NCBI GenBank assembly: GCA_002269645.1
Contig: NIVC01000236.1
Location: 248,001-312,000 of the forward strand
DNA from: Macrostomum lignano
Lineage: Eukaryota
Length of the DNA: 64,000 bases
Direction: 5' to 3'
Shown: positions 35,401-47,700 of the stretch, in pieces
Numbering within the stretch: position 1 is the first letter of the stretch
Layout: each line of letters opens with the position of its first letter
The notes under the pieces: generated by a model
What the model was told of the DNA's origin: nothing
Databases searched by the model: none
Seen by the model: only the letters and a program-made list of their open reading frames with translations
Made by a program: the position numbers and the translations under genes

Positions 35401-38400
35401 GTCTGCTGCGGCTGCTCCGAGTGGCCCGCCGAATCGACCAGTACAGCGAATACGGAGCGGCCGTGATGCTGCTGCTGATGGCCACCTTCACCCTGGTGGC
35501 GCACTGGTTCGCCTGCATCTTCTACGCCATCGCCTATGTAGAGCGGGACGGCCTACCCGCCAAGGTTTGATGAGGCAGTTGTTGGGAGATCTGGGGAAGC
35601 TGCGCCAAAATCAACTATGGGGGGATTAAACGTGAATCTACCGTGAATCTTAAATCATAAATCTTGGGCGGGAACAAGAAGATCAGGGGAAATGACAGTT
35701 AAGCTTGAGGATCAAGGGAAGTGACAGGCGAGTCAGAGGATCAGGGGAAGTGACAGGTGAGTCAGAAGATCAGGGGAAGTGACAGGTGAGTCAGGGGATC
35801 AGGGGAAGTGAAAGGTGATGCAGGGGATCAGGGGAAGTGGCAGGCGAGTCAGAGGATCAGGGGAAGTGACAGGCGAGTCAGAGGATCAGGGGAAGTGACA
35901 GGCGAGTCAGAGGATCAGGGGAAGTGAAAGGTGAGGCAGGGGATCAGGGGAAGTGACAGGCGAGTCAGAGGATCAGGGGAAGTGACCGGCGAGTCTGAGG
36001 GTTCCTAAAAGAGGGATTCCAATTTGAGAATTTCGAAGATCGACAGGTTAATGACTCATGCTCTTCCCACGTCGCAGGTTGGCTGGCTGGACCACCTGGC
36101 GAAGACATTCAACAAGCCGTTCCTGGAGAACTCGACCACCGGCATAGTGACCGGAGGGCCCGACATTCAGAGCAAGTACATCACCGCGCTGTACTTCACC
36201 TTCACCTGCCTCACCAGCATCGGGTTCGGCAACGTCAGCCCGAACACAAACGCCGAGAAGATCTTCACAATATTCGGCATGCTGATCGGCTCGCTGATGT
36301 CCGCCGCCATCTTCGGCAACGTCAGCAGCATCATGCTGCGGATCTATCAGGGCTCTGAAGAGTTCCACGAGAAGAAGACCAGCATTAAAGAGTTTATCAA
36401 GTTTCACAAGATACCCAAAAACCTGGCTCACAGGTTGCAGGAGAGTTTCCAGGTGAGCTGTGAGCTATTGGTTCTGTGAACCGGTGAGAGAGTGCGCACC
36501 GGTGAGAGAGAGTTCACACCGGTGAGAGAGTGCACACCGGTGAGAGAGTGCACACCGGTGAGAGAGTGCACACCGGTGAGAGAGTTCACACCGGTGAGAG
36601 AGTGCACACCGGTGAGAGAGTGCACACCGGTGAGAGAGTGCACATCGGTGAGAGAGTGCACACCGGTGAGAGAGTGCACACCGGTGAGAGAGTGCACACC
36701 GGTGAGAGAGTGCACACCGGTGAGAGAGTGCACACCGGTGAGAGAGTGCACATCTGTGAGATAGAGTGCACACCTGTGAGATAAAGTGCACACTGGTGAG
36801 AGAGTGCACACTGCTGAGACAGATAGAGAGTGCACACCGGTGAGAGAGTGCACACCGGTGAGAGAGTGCACACCGGTGAGAGAGTGCACAACGGTGAGAG
36901 AGTGCACACCAGTGAAAGTGCACACCGGTGAGAGAGTGCACATCTGTGAAATAGAGTGCACACCAGGGAGAGAGATAGAGAGTGCACACCGGTGAGAGAG
37001 TGCACACCAGTGAAAGTGCACACCGGTGAGAGAGTGCACACCGGCCCACCTGTTGCAGAACTCCTGGAACTACACTAACGGCCTGGACACAAACGTGGTG
37101 CTGAAGACATTCCCTGAGTGTCTGCAGGCCGACATCTGCCTGCACATGAACCGGAACCTGCTGAATAATTGCCCAGCGTTCAAAGGAGCCAGTCCGGGAT
37201 GCCTCAGGGCATTCAGCATGAAGTTCAGGACAACCCACGTGCCACCGGGTGAGTTTTACGAGCACGATTGGCTTGTGAAAGATGCAGTTAAAGTTCTTTG
37301 AGCACTTTTTATATCGCTCCTTGCACTATCGCGAATCAGCTTTCCCCGAAGTGAATTCCATTTCTCACAATTACAAATGTATGAGTAACCGATCTCGATT
37401 GAACCCAACTGCCCGCCAAGGCGACACCCTGGTCCACCCGGGCGACATCCTAGAGAACATCTACTTCGTGGTCCGCGGCTCAGTTGAAATCTCCCAGGAC
37501 GACACCGTGATGGCCATACTCGGCCGCGATGACATCTTCGGCGACGAGGCGATGCGCGCCGTCCGCGGCCACGTCGGCCAGTCGCTGTACACCTGCCGCG
37601 CTCTCAGCTACGTGGACCTCAACAAGATCAGCGTCGGCGACCTGAAAGAGATTCTCAACGTTTACAACGAGTGGGCGCCGATTTTCAAGCAGAATTTCAA
37701 AGTGACGTTCAACCTGACGGAGTCCGACCAGCAGGCGCTCAGCTGCTCCATGGACGACGAGACGCTGCGCTTCATCCGGCAGAAGAAGCCGCTGCTGCAG
37801 ACCAAGAAGGCTCGGAGCATCACCTCCTCAGGGCCGAGTGAGTGATGCAGTTTGCAGCTTATGAAGCTTTGACCTGATGCGGTTTGAAGTTTTGCAGATT
37901 TGTCGGTAAAAAAAAAGAATTGACCTTAAAATGTACCTACAGTCTTGGTTAAAAAGTACACGCTTTTTTAAAACAGTTGACGAGACTGTTTTAATCCCTA
38001 CAAAGAGCAAAAGTACACCATCTATACGAAGAGTGCTATCGCAAAAGTACACCATCTATACGAAGAGTGCTATCGCAAAATTACACCATCTATACGAAGA
38101 GTGCTTTCGCAAAAGTACACCATCCATACGAAGAGTGCTTTCGCAAAAGTACACCATCCATACGAAGAGTGCTTTCGCAAAAGTACACCATCCATACGAA
38201 GAGTGCTTTCGCAAAAGTACACCATCTATACGAAGAGTGCTATCGCAAAATTACACCATCTATACGAAGAGTGCTTTCGCAAAATTACACTATCCATACC
38301 AAGAGTGCTTTCGCAAAAGTACACCATCCATACCTTCGCAAGAATCGCAACCCTCCACTTGGCAGACACTCCCGGTATGACCCGGCAGGCCTCGGAAGTG

Positions 38401-41260
38401 AGCAACGCGCATCCCGGACATCCGCACATGCAGAAAAGCTACAGCGCTGTCGCGGTCACCCTTTCCAAGTGGAAGTCGGGCGGCAGCAGCGGAGGCGGCG
38501 GCGGTGGAACCAGGAGTCAGGAGACTCGGGCGCCTGGGGACAAGTCGGTTGAGAATATTACTCACCGAGTGGACACTCTGAACACGTGAGCAGGGGCGCA
38601 TAGGATGTGGACTGAACAGCGCTAAGTGGTGCGGATTTTTTGAGATTTCAGAGTTCCTTTTAACAACTCGCTAAATTTTCTTGCAAAGTGCACTTAGCCT
38701 ACTTACTTTTCGGCATATGTGTGCGCATGACTTTCTAAACTATTTTAGACTTTACAAATAAAGGCAGTTTAAGTGGCACAAGCCCAAAGCACAAAGCGAA
38801 AACAACTCGTAATTAGTGCAGTCAGGTGTGATGTACATTAGCGAGTGCCACTAAAATGTACATGGCTGAGGAGAGCAATAAAATGGGAGGCGGGTAGAGC
38901 CAGGCCGGGGTAGGACTGGAAATCGATAAATTTTAGCCAATAAAAAGTGAAGGAGGAAATTGAAATCTTACACAGCCTAGTCCCGAGGTCAATCTAGTCC
39001 ACGTTGATTATCAATTTTACTTGCAGCTCAAATCTAACCGCAAGGCTCCAAACAGACGCCCAATGGAAAGTAGCTTTAAAACCTCCAAAAGTCTGATGGA
39101 AGCACTGCTTACCATGCGCACACCCTAGTTTCAGTCTAGGCAGAAGTCAGATGGATTCAGATCAAATATAATCTATGGTAAAATACACACTCCGTTCCGG
39201 TCGGCTATGGTAAGCAGAACTTTTAGAACGATATCTTCCCTGATAGAAGGCTGCTGCATGCTTATTTTGCCTGCTGCATGCGTGCACCGGGAACCAAAAA
39301 CTGTCAAGAATTCAAGAATGCCATTGCTGCAGAAAGCAGGTCTCCAGACACAGTCCTGGTTCACCTGGACACGCAGGGCAGCAGTAGATTATTCGTTTGA
39401 TTCTTTCAGCTCGGTAGCAGACGCGACACCGCTTAGTTGGTCTTGGCTGACTTGGTGCAAGTCAAATGAGTATCTCGATCCAGAAGGTACTTGGCCAACC
39501 GATAAGAACCAAAGCATTTGTCGACAAAAATGCGGTAGCCTTGGTACAACAGATCTTGGCAAAGCTCGACAACAATTTTTTCGCTGAATGACAGATTTTC
39601 GCTTTGTGGATCTAAAACAAATCTACGATTCTCTTCCGGAGTAGCATGAACTCGAAAGTTGAACAAGTAGCCTGTTTCAGACTCACAAGCACAGTACAGC
39701 TTGATGCCGTACCTGGCGCGCTTAGTTGGAATGTACTGCTTGAAGCCTAGTCGTCCTTTGTTAGGAACTAACGACTCGTCAACACTCATTTCTTCGTCAG
39801 GTCTGTAGATTTTCACGCAGGTGTCACGCAAATTGTTCAAAAATGAAGGAATCTTGTATAACTGATCACCAGGTGTGGGATCCTCAAGGCAATCATAAAA
39901 GCGAAGAAAGCCGAGCAATTGCTTGAAGCGGTCTCTAGAGAGCGCCTCAGGTGCTTGAAAGTATGTTGTCAAGTGGTAGCTGTCAGTACTCCAGTAGTCA
40001 TTCATCTCAGTCTTCTTGTTGCTTCCCATGTACTTCTTGACTTCCTACATTCGGTCCACTGTGACAAACTCAAAGGTAGGTCATCAGCATCCAAGGAATG
40101 AATTGCTGCCCAAGCTCTACGGTTAGTCCACATAGCTAGGTTTTCAAACAACGAATCAGACAAGAATAAACCTAAGAAGAAGGAAGTTGAGTGCTCAACA
40201 CCGGCAGGCACTATTATTCCAGGATTCAGGCCAAGTGTTCCGAAAAACTCAATGCGTCGCTCCCAACGATAGCAGGCCGCCATGACAATTCATCAGCTTC
40301 GTCCTCATCAACACTGTCCAGAACATCCGACTCACCAGAAGAATCACCTGATAAGACGTAGTCCTCGTCGTCCGATGTCATGAGTTCAGACACTTCGTCC
40401 GCTTGGGCCATTTCAAGCTCTTTGAGAACTGGTTTTAGTATTCGACTCAAACCAGTCTGAGACGAATAAAGTATAGGAAACAAAAACTTGATAGAGTTCA
40501 AAAACCACAGTAATATAAAGTGCGACTGTATAAGCTGTTAAAGAAGCTAGACGAGTGAGGAGACAGATCAGCTTCTCTGTTTGAACTGACTGGGGCTAGG
40601 AAAAAGCACGTTTCTTATACTGTTCGTGTTGCCCATCCCTCTTGTACAGGGACCATAGTGTGCTTTCAGTCTAGAAACAGGCAACTTAAATGTACAGTTA
40701 TGCTTAATTTTCTACTCTGAATGCCGGCTGAATGTCTATTGATAAGCATTGCTTACCATGCCGACCAGAACAGAGAAAATATATCTATGGCTCAGTCAGA
40801 AGCCAAATAGTCTATGGTAAGCACTGCTTACCATCCGACTGGAACGGAGATGATTGAAATTTAGGCTAGTTTAGGCTAATAGGCTAATAATAGAAGAGTG
40901 GCCCGAGTGTTTCTACTGAAAGGAATTTGGTCAAAGATTGCTCAAATCAAGTGAACACTGTTCAGACCTGTTTTTATTTCGTGACCACCCCGCAGCCGCA
41001 TGGAGACCTTCGAGCGCCGGCTGTTCAGCACCGTGGACGGCATCTTGCAGCTGCTGGGCGAGCAGCCCCGGGTGCGGCTGAAGCGCGGCAGCATGAGCCG
41101 GCAGCAGAGCGCGCCAGCTTTGAAGCGCTCGCCGAAGCGCAGCGGCCCGCGGCTCCTCCGCACCGCCACGGAGGTCTTCGAGGCCATCGACTCGCACACT
41201 GCCAGGCTGAATGCCAAGGAGGGTGACAGCGACGGCCGCGCCGAGAAGAAAAAGTGCTGA
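26481..41260 (+). CDS. KCNH2-like: ERG-subfamily (KCNH2/6/7, seizure/unc-103-like) voltage-gated K+ channel, 11 exons, about 935 aa
   Basis: Phase-consistent GT-AG exons: 26481-26830, 28598-28654, 29461-29802, 30178-30319, 30882-31059, 35293-35564, 36078-36452, 37059-37248, 37421-37837, 38366-38585, 40996-41260 (2808 nt). Motifs: [13 protein letters not shown] (S1), [14 protein letters not shown] (S4), [10 protein letters not shown] (pore), C-linker/CNBHD ([18 protein letters not shown]) and a C-terminal coiled coil. The first three exons are less certain than the core. Confidence 0.93.
27286..28183. repeat. 27-bp minisatellite (GGCCGGGAGGCTAGTCAGGTAGTCTAT)n, KCNH intron 1
   Basis: Seen directly. 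Confidence 0.95.
28730..29460. repeat. 10-bp repeat (AGGGACAGAC)n, KCNH intron 2
   Basis: Seen directly; abuts the predicted acceptor. Confidence 0.95.
29826..30091. repeat. (GACT)n then (GAGT)n, KCNH intron 3
   Basis: Seen directly. Confidence 0.95.
30370..30862. repeat. 22-bp minisatellite (GATAGATCAGTCCCAGACAGCT)n, KCNH intron 4
   Basis: Seen directly. Confidence 0.95.
32270..32910. repeat. C-rich minisatellite (CCCCATCCCTCAGATCCCT-like), KCNH intron 5
   Basis: Seen directly. Confidence 0.9.
34695..35265. repeat. 36-bp minisatellite (GATGAGGCTCAAGTTGAGGATGAAGCAGGAGCTGGG)n, KCNH intron 5
   Basis: Seen directly; ends about 25 bp before the acceptor at 35291-35292. Confidence 0.93.
35680..36000. 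repeat. 29-bp minisatellite (GAGGATCAGGGGAAGTGACAGGCGAGTCA)n, KCNH intron 6
   Basis: Seen directly. Confidence 0.93.
36480..37044. repeat. 18-bp minisatellite (CACCGGTGAGAGAGTGCA)n, KCNH intron 7
   Basis: Seen directly. Confidence 0.95.
38008..38332. repeat. 34-bp minisatellite (AAAAGTACACCATCTATACGAAGAGTGCTTTCGC)n, KCNH intron 9
   Basis: Seen directly. Confidence 0.94.
39190..40849 (-). mobile_element. Defective piggyBac-family DNA transposon in KCNH intron 10
   Basis: Transposase remnants run from ATG 40411 to TGA 39312. They include an acidic N-terminus, YWS...SRDRF, SVDESLV...[23 protein letters not shown], and a C-terminal Cys-rich domain (KRCRVC...[17 protein letters not shown]). There are frameshifts and a large internal deletion. 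An imperfect inverted repeat lies at 39190-39217 and 40824-40849. No clean TTAA duplication was seen, so the ends are approximate. Confidence 0.85.
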
Positions 41261-42610
41261 TCGGACTGGACATCAGCGAGCTCAAATACATGTAATTATT
41301 CCGTTTCCAATAGCGAATGCAGAGCTGAGTTGGCTAAGGCTCTAGTGAAAGCGATGAAAATATCTTTCAAATTCAAACATTTCAAACTACCGCTTCGAAC
41401 CACCGTATGCTCGTCTAATCAGCAATCAGGTCCCAGCAACTGTAAATTATGGGTTGATTTCTTCGCAACACTTTTAAGATGTCTTTATGCTCAGTTTTTA
41501 CTTTTAGCAAACTATATTTTCTCTGCCTTTGAATAGCCACAATGACTGCGATTCCACCTGATCCCCCAGAGAGTAGCTCGATCAATGATGCCATCAACTA
41601 CTTTGGCGCGAATTCGAATCGGATTTTGTCCACAGAATATCTTAGGCCACAACTAGCTGCAGTGCTTTTCCATTGCGGCCGCTCATTTCCCATTTTGCAC
41701 ATGCTGTGCAGGGCGAGCTGCACATGATGTACACTGTACATCCTAACCTATTGAAGCAATCAACATATAATCATTTTAAAATTACCATGCAATAAAAATT
41801 GATTTACTAATTATTATCGAGTCAAATATAAAATAGAAAGCACATTCAAATCTTATTAAATCTAAAATAAACGCCTTCATTTACGCTTAGCGTCAAGTGA
41901 GAGTCAGTCAAGTCAAGTACCAAGGTGTGTCATGTTGACTTTCAGCACTTGTTCCTTTAGAAATCTTGCTTAAAAGTTTCCTTCGAGCAGATCAAAAAGT
42001 TCAAAACGTAACTGAAAAGACTCGGTAATTGCAAATTAACTTACAGCATTAGAAGTTTTGTTTATTTCAATATTTGCATGCCGATACGGATGGAAGAGCA
42101 GATGCTCTGCGAAAACTTCGTCTGTGAGGGCAGCTTTCCATGCAGGTGGTAGTTAAGACCGTCCCGCTTGCTCAGGTTCGCTCAGGCAGCCAGCTGACAC
42201 GGCTCACACTGGCATGCTGTGCCCCCTTCAAGATCCATGACGAGCGGGTCACCATAGCGGCATTCTGTCGCCGCACACGCCGAATTCTGTCGCCGTCGAA
42301 TTGATTTATCGGCGACTCCAGCTGGCAGATCACTTCATCCGCCGTGAGCTAGGAATCGTACTCCTGCACCAGAACAGGTACAGGAGGCTGCTGCTGGCGC
42401 TGCAGGCACTCTGCCATGCAGCGAGAACAGGCACGCTTTGCTGCTGATGCCACCGCTGGCGCCGACTCTGTAGCCTTGGTCCTTGTCCAATGACGACTTA
42501 CGAATAAGTAAAGCACTAAGGATAGGGGCATCGCGCCATCGATTTTATGGTGAGGAACCAAACCAAAATTACAAAAACGAGGAAGTTTTATATTTTTGGA
42601 GTTGGTGTTG

Positions 42611-42715
42611 TTATAATATAGTAGCTCCGTAGACGTACTCCTCCTCGGATAGATCGTGCCTACGACCGCTGACAACGCGCTGGGTGTCGAAGATGAGGAA
42701 CAGGGCGAACAGCAC
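42611..42715 (-). pseudogene. Fragment of a Lifeguard/TMBIM (Bax inhibitor-1 family) C-terminal region
   Basis: Translates as VLFALFLIFDTQRVVSGRRHDLSEEEYVYGATIL*, resembling the Lifeguard motif LFxxFLxxDTQxxxGxRxHxxSxEEYxxGAxxxYxD. A TAA sits where the conserved Tyr is expected. No other exons were recognised. Confidence 0.55.
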
Positions 42716-44794
42716 TGATTTTTGGTGCTGCAGACCAGACTACGTCAGCATGTAATACTCATTTGGTGCCAGCTCATCGCAGGTACTTATTTCTGCGCCG
42801 CCGGCTCACAATATGGCGCAGGTGCTCATTTTATCGCCGCAGGCACTCATCTTGTCGCCACAGGCACTTATTTCAGCACCTTGAAGCAAAATTATGGATT
42901 TCCATTAGGTTGTGCATAAGAACTCTAACCGTGCAACATTCCGACGTCCTTGATCTGACATGCCCGTCGAATCCGACTTCGTTGAGCGTCTTTGACAAAC
43001 GGGTACTTTTACATTAAACCGAAATTTGGTCGATGTCGATGTATAATCAAGGATGACCTTAATCGTCCCTGCGTATATTTTCTTCATCCGACGGCAACGA
43101 TGACATCCACTACTGATGCTATACAGCGTGTGCAAAAAGAGAACCCCGCAACTCTTTCTCGCCTGGATGTTTTGCAGTGAATTCCTGAATACTTGATTAA
43201 TCTCTCCATTGGGCACGTCGTTTCGCGCATAGACTCTAACTCGGGCGTAACGTAATAAGTAGTTCATGCCCTACTACTAGAGTGTGTTACTACTTAGGTG
43301 GTCTAGTACATGTAGTAGGCCCAGGTCGCACCATGTCACAAATCAAAATATTTGTCTTGTAATTTCATCAGTTTTAAAACTATTTAAAAATAAGATGTAG
43401 GTATATGGATTGATTTTTTTCTGATCGTTTTTTCTGATCGTTGATCACAAACTATAAGGTTAAATCAGATTCTCGGATTTGGTAAAAACGGTAGAATAAG
43501 AAACAACAAATGCAGTACAGTTCTTCCAAATTTTTGGTCAAAGTTGATAGCAACAACATATACTTATCTTTATTATTTTCTTGTTTAGGTATTTATGCAA
43601 TATTTTATTCGAAATAAATAGCATTTGTATTTGCATGGCATCAATATTTAAATGCCGTTTCAAACATCAATTTTACATAAAAATATATGTATATATTTGC
43701 CATTTTGTTTTTAAATACAAGAAACGTGCTGGGCCGCTGACAACAGCATAATGATTTATTCTTATGGAATATAATTAGGAAAAGAACCAGTTTATAGGTT
43801 ATACTACTTTCTAATAAAACATTAACTAGAATTATATATTTTTCTTATCTTTGAGCATTCTACTCAATACTTTTTTGTTGATTGACATACAGGGACATAG
43901 AAATGGGCCATAGACCAGCACCAATACATAATTCCTATTTACCCAAACTTAAATCTCATATATTATTATAACACAAGTTATTTTAATATTTTAGCTTAGC
44001 ATATGAGTTTTCTGTATTGCAAGGTTATTATTAATATTAGTATTTAAACTGTCTTTAAAATGCTTCAATAGAAATAAGTTGCATTGTATCAGTTTGGCAA
44101 GATATTATTGTTTTAATATTATTTGGTAATATCATATGGGAATGCAAAAGGCTTGCATTCAGATAACCAAAAATATCCAAGAAAGCAAATGCTTTTTAGT
44201 GCAGTTATATTAATACACTATTCTCATGTTGAATGGTCAAGTCAAGATATTATAGTAACATTAACAATGGTATCACACTAGGCATTGCCCAAAGTCACAG
44301 CAATGCATGCCAATATTTTTATTCAAATCAAATCAAATCATTCCAAAAATTCTATTGTAAATTATATCTTCTAGAATGTGGTTAATGCAATGGCAATAAA
44401 ACTTTTTTAGTATCATTATTTTATATTATCAATGCTAGTTTAGACAAAATGAATCCATATTAAAAAGCTATAGATACAACTAAAGCAGTGGTTTTTTCTA
44501 GAATTTCTATTATTTGCAAATGTAATTTCCTGAGTTCTTAAGCAGTCTTTAGGATTTATCTTCTAGATATATCACTTGTATATCTATATTATTAGATAAA
44601 AAAATATTTGAACTTGATTATCTAGCTTAAGAAATGTTTCCTCTAAATTAAATGGACCCTTTTGATATTATTTCAAAAACTATAATTTGCTTTTTTGTAT
44701 TTGTAATTGAGTAGAAAAGGAAAGCAATGTTTACAAAATACTAACTAGCTAATGCAAAATTTTTATTCATATTTTTTTGCATGTGCTAATAGCA

Positions 44795-47700
44795 ATGTTA
44801 AAGTTTGAAACAAAAAAGGATGAGCATGGAAAGCCAAAGATCACATTTCAAGTTGGTAAGTTTTTGAGTTTTATATTAATGGTCAGTTTTAAATTTCTTT
44901 TTCTGTGCTGTTTGTTGCTGAAGTAAGCCTTTATTAAAAATACTCACAGAGGAGCCACCAGTAGCCAAGCGGCGTCCTGTGAACTACAAGACCAGGGAGC
45001 AGCCGTACCCACTTCGGCCTGCTGCGCCAGCTGCAACTGATGGCCAGCAGCAGCAGCAACAGCAGCAGCAGCAACAGCAACCAAAGCAGAATCTGCAGCA
45101 GCAGCAAAAGCCTCAGTTACAAAGCCAACAACAAAAGCCACAACAGCAGCAGCAGCAGCAGTCACAGAAGCAGCAGCAACCGCAGAAGCATCAGACCCAG
45201 CAGAGCTCAGGCGGAGTCCTCACGGACACCCAGCTAAAAGCCATCATTGATTCCGTGGAGAAGCTCACCTCAACTGGCGATCGCGACGTCAAAATTGAAT
45301 TCGGTGAGTTGGGAATTTCAACCAGTCATGTTAAACAACCAGCGTACCGGAATTCTAAAAGGCTATGACACCCCCGTTGGTCAACTCATTGGCTGCTTGC
45401 GACGCCCCCAAGGTGAGCTTTGCGATTCACCCCGCTGTGATTGGGCAGCAGCTCTAAGACGCTATTGTCTAAATTTCAAACATCACGGACTGTCTAAACG
45501 CTGATCAATAATCTGAGCCGAGCACACATGGCACGGACTGTGTTGAGGAATCATCCAGGAAAGTCGAATAGGCGGGGGCAAGAATGAAAATCAGATTAAA
45601 CCAACAAAATAAACGCTAGAATAACAGCCAAATCGATAAAAAAGTGGGATTAATTGAGCTATAAAATATTGAAAACTTCTGACCGCTACTCCCGCAGACG
45701 GCGCGCACAATCGAGTGAAGATCGAAGGCCGCGTGCACCGCTGGGACGAGGAGCCTCCAGCGGTGAGAGGCGGCGCGGACTTGTCCAATGAAAAGGCGAA
45801 ACGGCAAGCCGACGCGGATGACGCGGACAGCGCCATCGGCCGGGACTCGGATGTCGATGAGCCGCCGCCGCCTCCCAGACAGTCGAAGCGGCAGTCGCAG
45901 ACTCAGCCAAGGAGGCCGGCAGCTGCGGCAAAAGACGGCGCAGGCCGCAAGACCCCGGCGGCAGGCGAGTCCATCCTCGGCCTGCTGCCTAAAACTGCCG
46001 GCGCCGCGGCTGACGGCGCGCAAGCAGCCGCAAAGCCGCGCCGTCCGGCCGCCGCTAATGCAGCGGCAGCGAAAAGTTCTCCGGCAAAAGTGCAGAAGCG
46101 TCAGGGTCGCCAGACGGAAGCGGCGGCGGCTGCGGCAGCCGCGGCGGCAGCGTCGGACTCCGTGGACGCCAGGATGCAGCGCCTGATTGACGAAAACATC
46201 GACAAGATGAGCGAGGACGCCCTCGTCGACCTGCTGGCAAAGGCCTTCGAAGAGGAGAAACGCCGACTGCTTGGCGACGATGTCGAGGAGGCCACTAAAA
46301 CCAGCGGCGGCGGTCGGCAGCCGAAACAGCAGAAAGAGAAACCAGCGGAGGCCGTCCCGGCAAAGCGGCCGGAGTCTCCGCCTCCGCCAGCCCCGCAGGC
46401 GGTGCCGCCACCACCGCAAAGCAAGGCGGAGCTGAAAAAGCTGCAGTGGGCTCGGGAGCGCTCTGAGCTGCAGCGGCTGGGTGGCCACTATGACCCCTGG
46501 GGCCGGCCCGGCGGTGGCGCCCCACCCGCCATGCTGCAGACTGCTGCAGCCACGCCGCAACCCCTGCCGCAGCAGTCCCAGCGCCAGCAGCAGCTTCAGG
46601 AGCAGCCGCAGCCTCCAACTCAACACTCTCTGACTGCACCACCAGCGGCCATCCGGAGCTCCTTTGTTGTTGGCGAATTGGCGCCCAACGATGGTCGCTT
46701 CGACGATCAGCGCGAGGCCGAACGGCGCCAGTGGCTGCGCGAGCTGGACGAGCAGCGCGAGCGGGAGCGCGAACAGCGCGCCACTGGGCGCGGAGGCGGC
46801 GCGCCTGCGGGAAATCCGCTGCTGCTGCCAGGTAAAACAGGGAGCCGACCCACTGCGGGAGACTGATGGAGCGGGATCCCCTGACTGGAGATTGGAAAGG
46901 GAGCGGGATCCCCTGACTGGAGATTGGAAAGGGAGCGGGATCCCCTGACTGGAGATTGGGAAGGGAGCGGGATCCCCTGACTGGAGATTGGGGGAAGGGG
47001 AGCGGGATCCCGTGACTGGAGATTGGGGGAAGGGGAGCGGGATCCCCTGACTGGAGATTGGGGGAATGGGAGCAGGATCCCCTGACTGGAGATTGGGGGA
47101 AGGGGAGCGGGATCCCCTGACTGGAGATTGGGGGAAGGGGAGCGGGATCCCCTGACTGGAGATTGGGGGAAGGGGAGCGGGATCCCCTGACTGGAGATTG
47201 GGGGAATGGGAGCGGGATCTCCTGACTGGAGATTGGGGGAATGGGAGCGGGATCCCCTGAATGGATTTTGCCTGAGGTTATTTATGACGTCATAATCCGC
47301 CCTCCCCTCCCTTCCCCACAGCCGAGCAGCCGCATGCAGCCGCCACCACCGTCAGCTTCGAGCGCGGCCGCGGTTTCGCCGCCACAGACGATGCCACGCT
47401 GCGCGAGGCGGACGCCCGCCGGCGCCGCGAGCTGGAGTACCAGTCCGCTGTGCGCGCCCAAGTTGAAGAGAAGCGGCGCCTCCAGGCGACAGAAAGGCAG
47501 CGCCGCCAGCTTGAGGATATCGAAGCTGAGCGGAAGTTCAAGGAGGACCAAGAGCAGTCAAGGCAGCAGCAGCCAGCGACTCACCGGTCCGCCTTGCCGC
47601 CGCCGCCGCAGCCGCTGGGCTCCACCGACCTCGGCGCTGGGGGTTTCGGCGGAGCGGCGCCCGGGGAGACGCAGCGAGAAGCGGACATGCGCAGATCGCT

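Noticed and set aside
42349-42675. Minus-strand ORF and downstream open stretch to about 42150
   Set aside because: Interrupted by stops and not recognisable; insufficient support for a CDS.
43300-44790. Abrupt AT-rich block as possible foreign DNA
   Set aside because: No ORF or terminal repeats; it fits ordinary upstream sequence of the CCDC66-like gene, whose first exon is also AT-rich.
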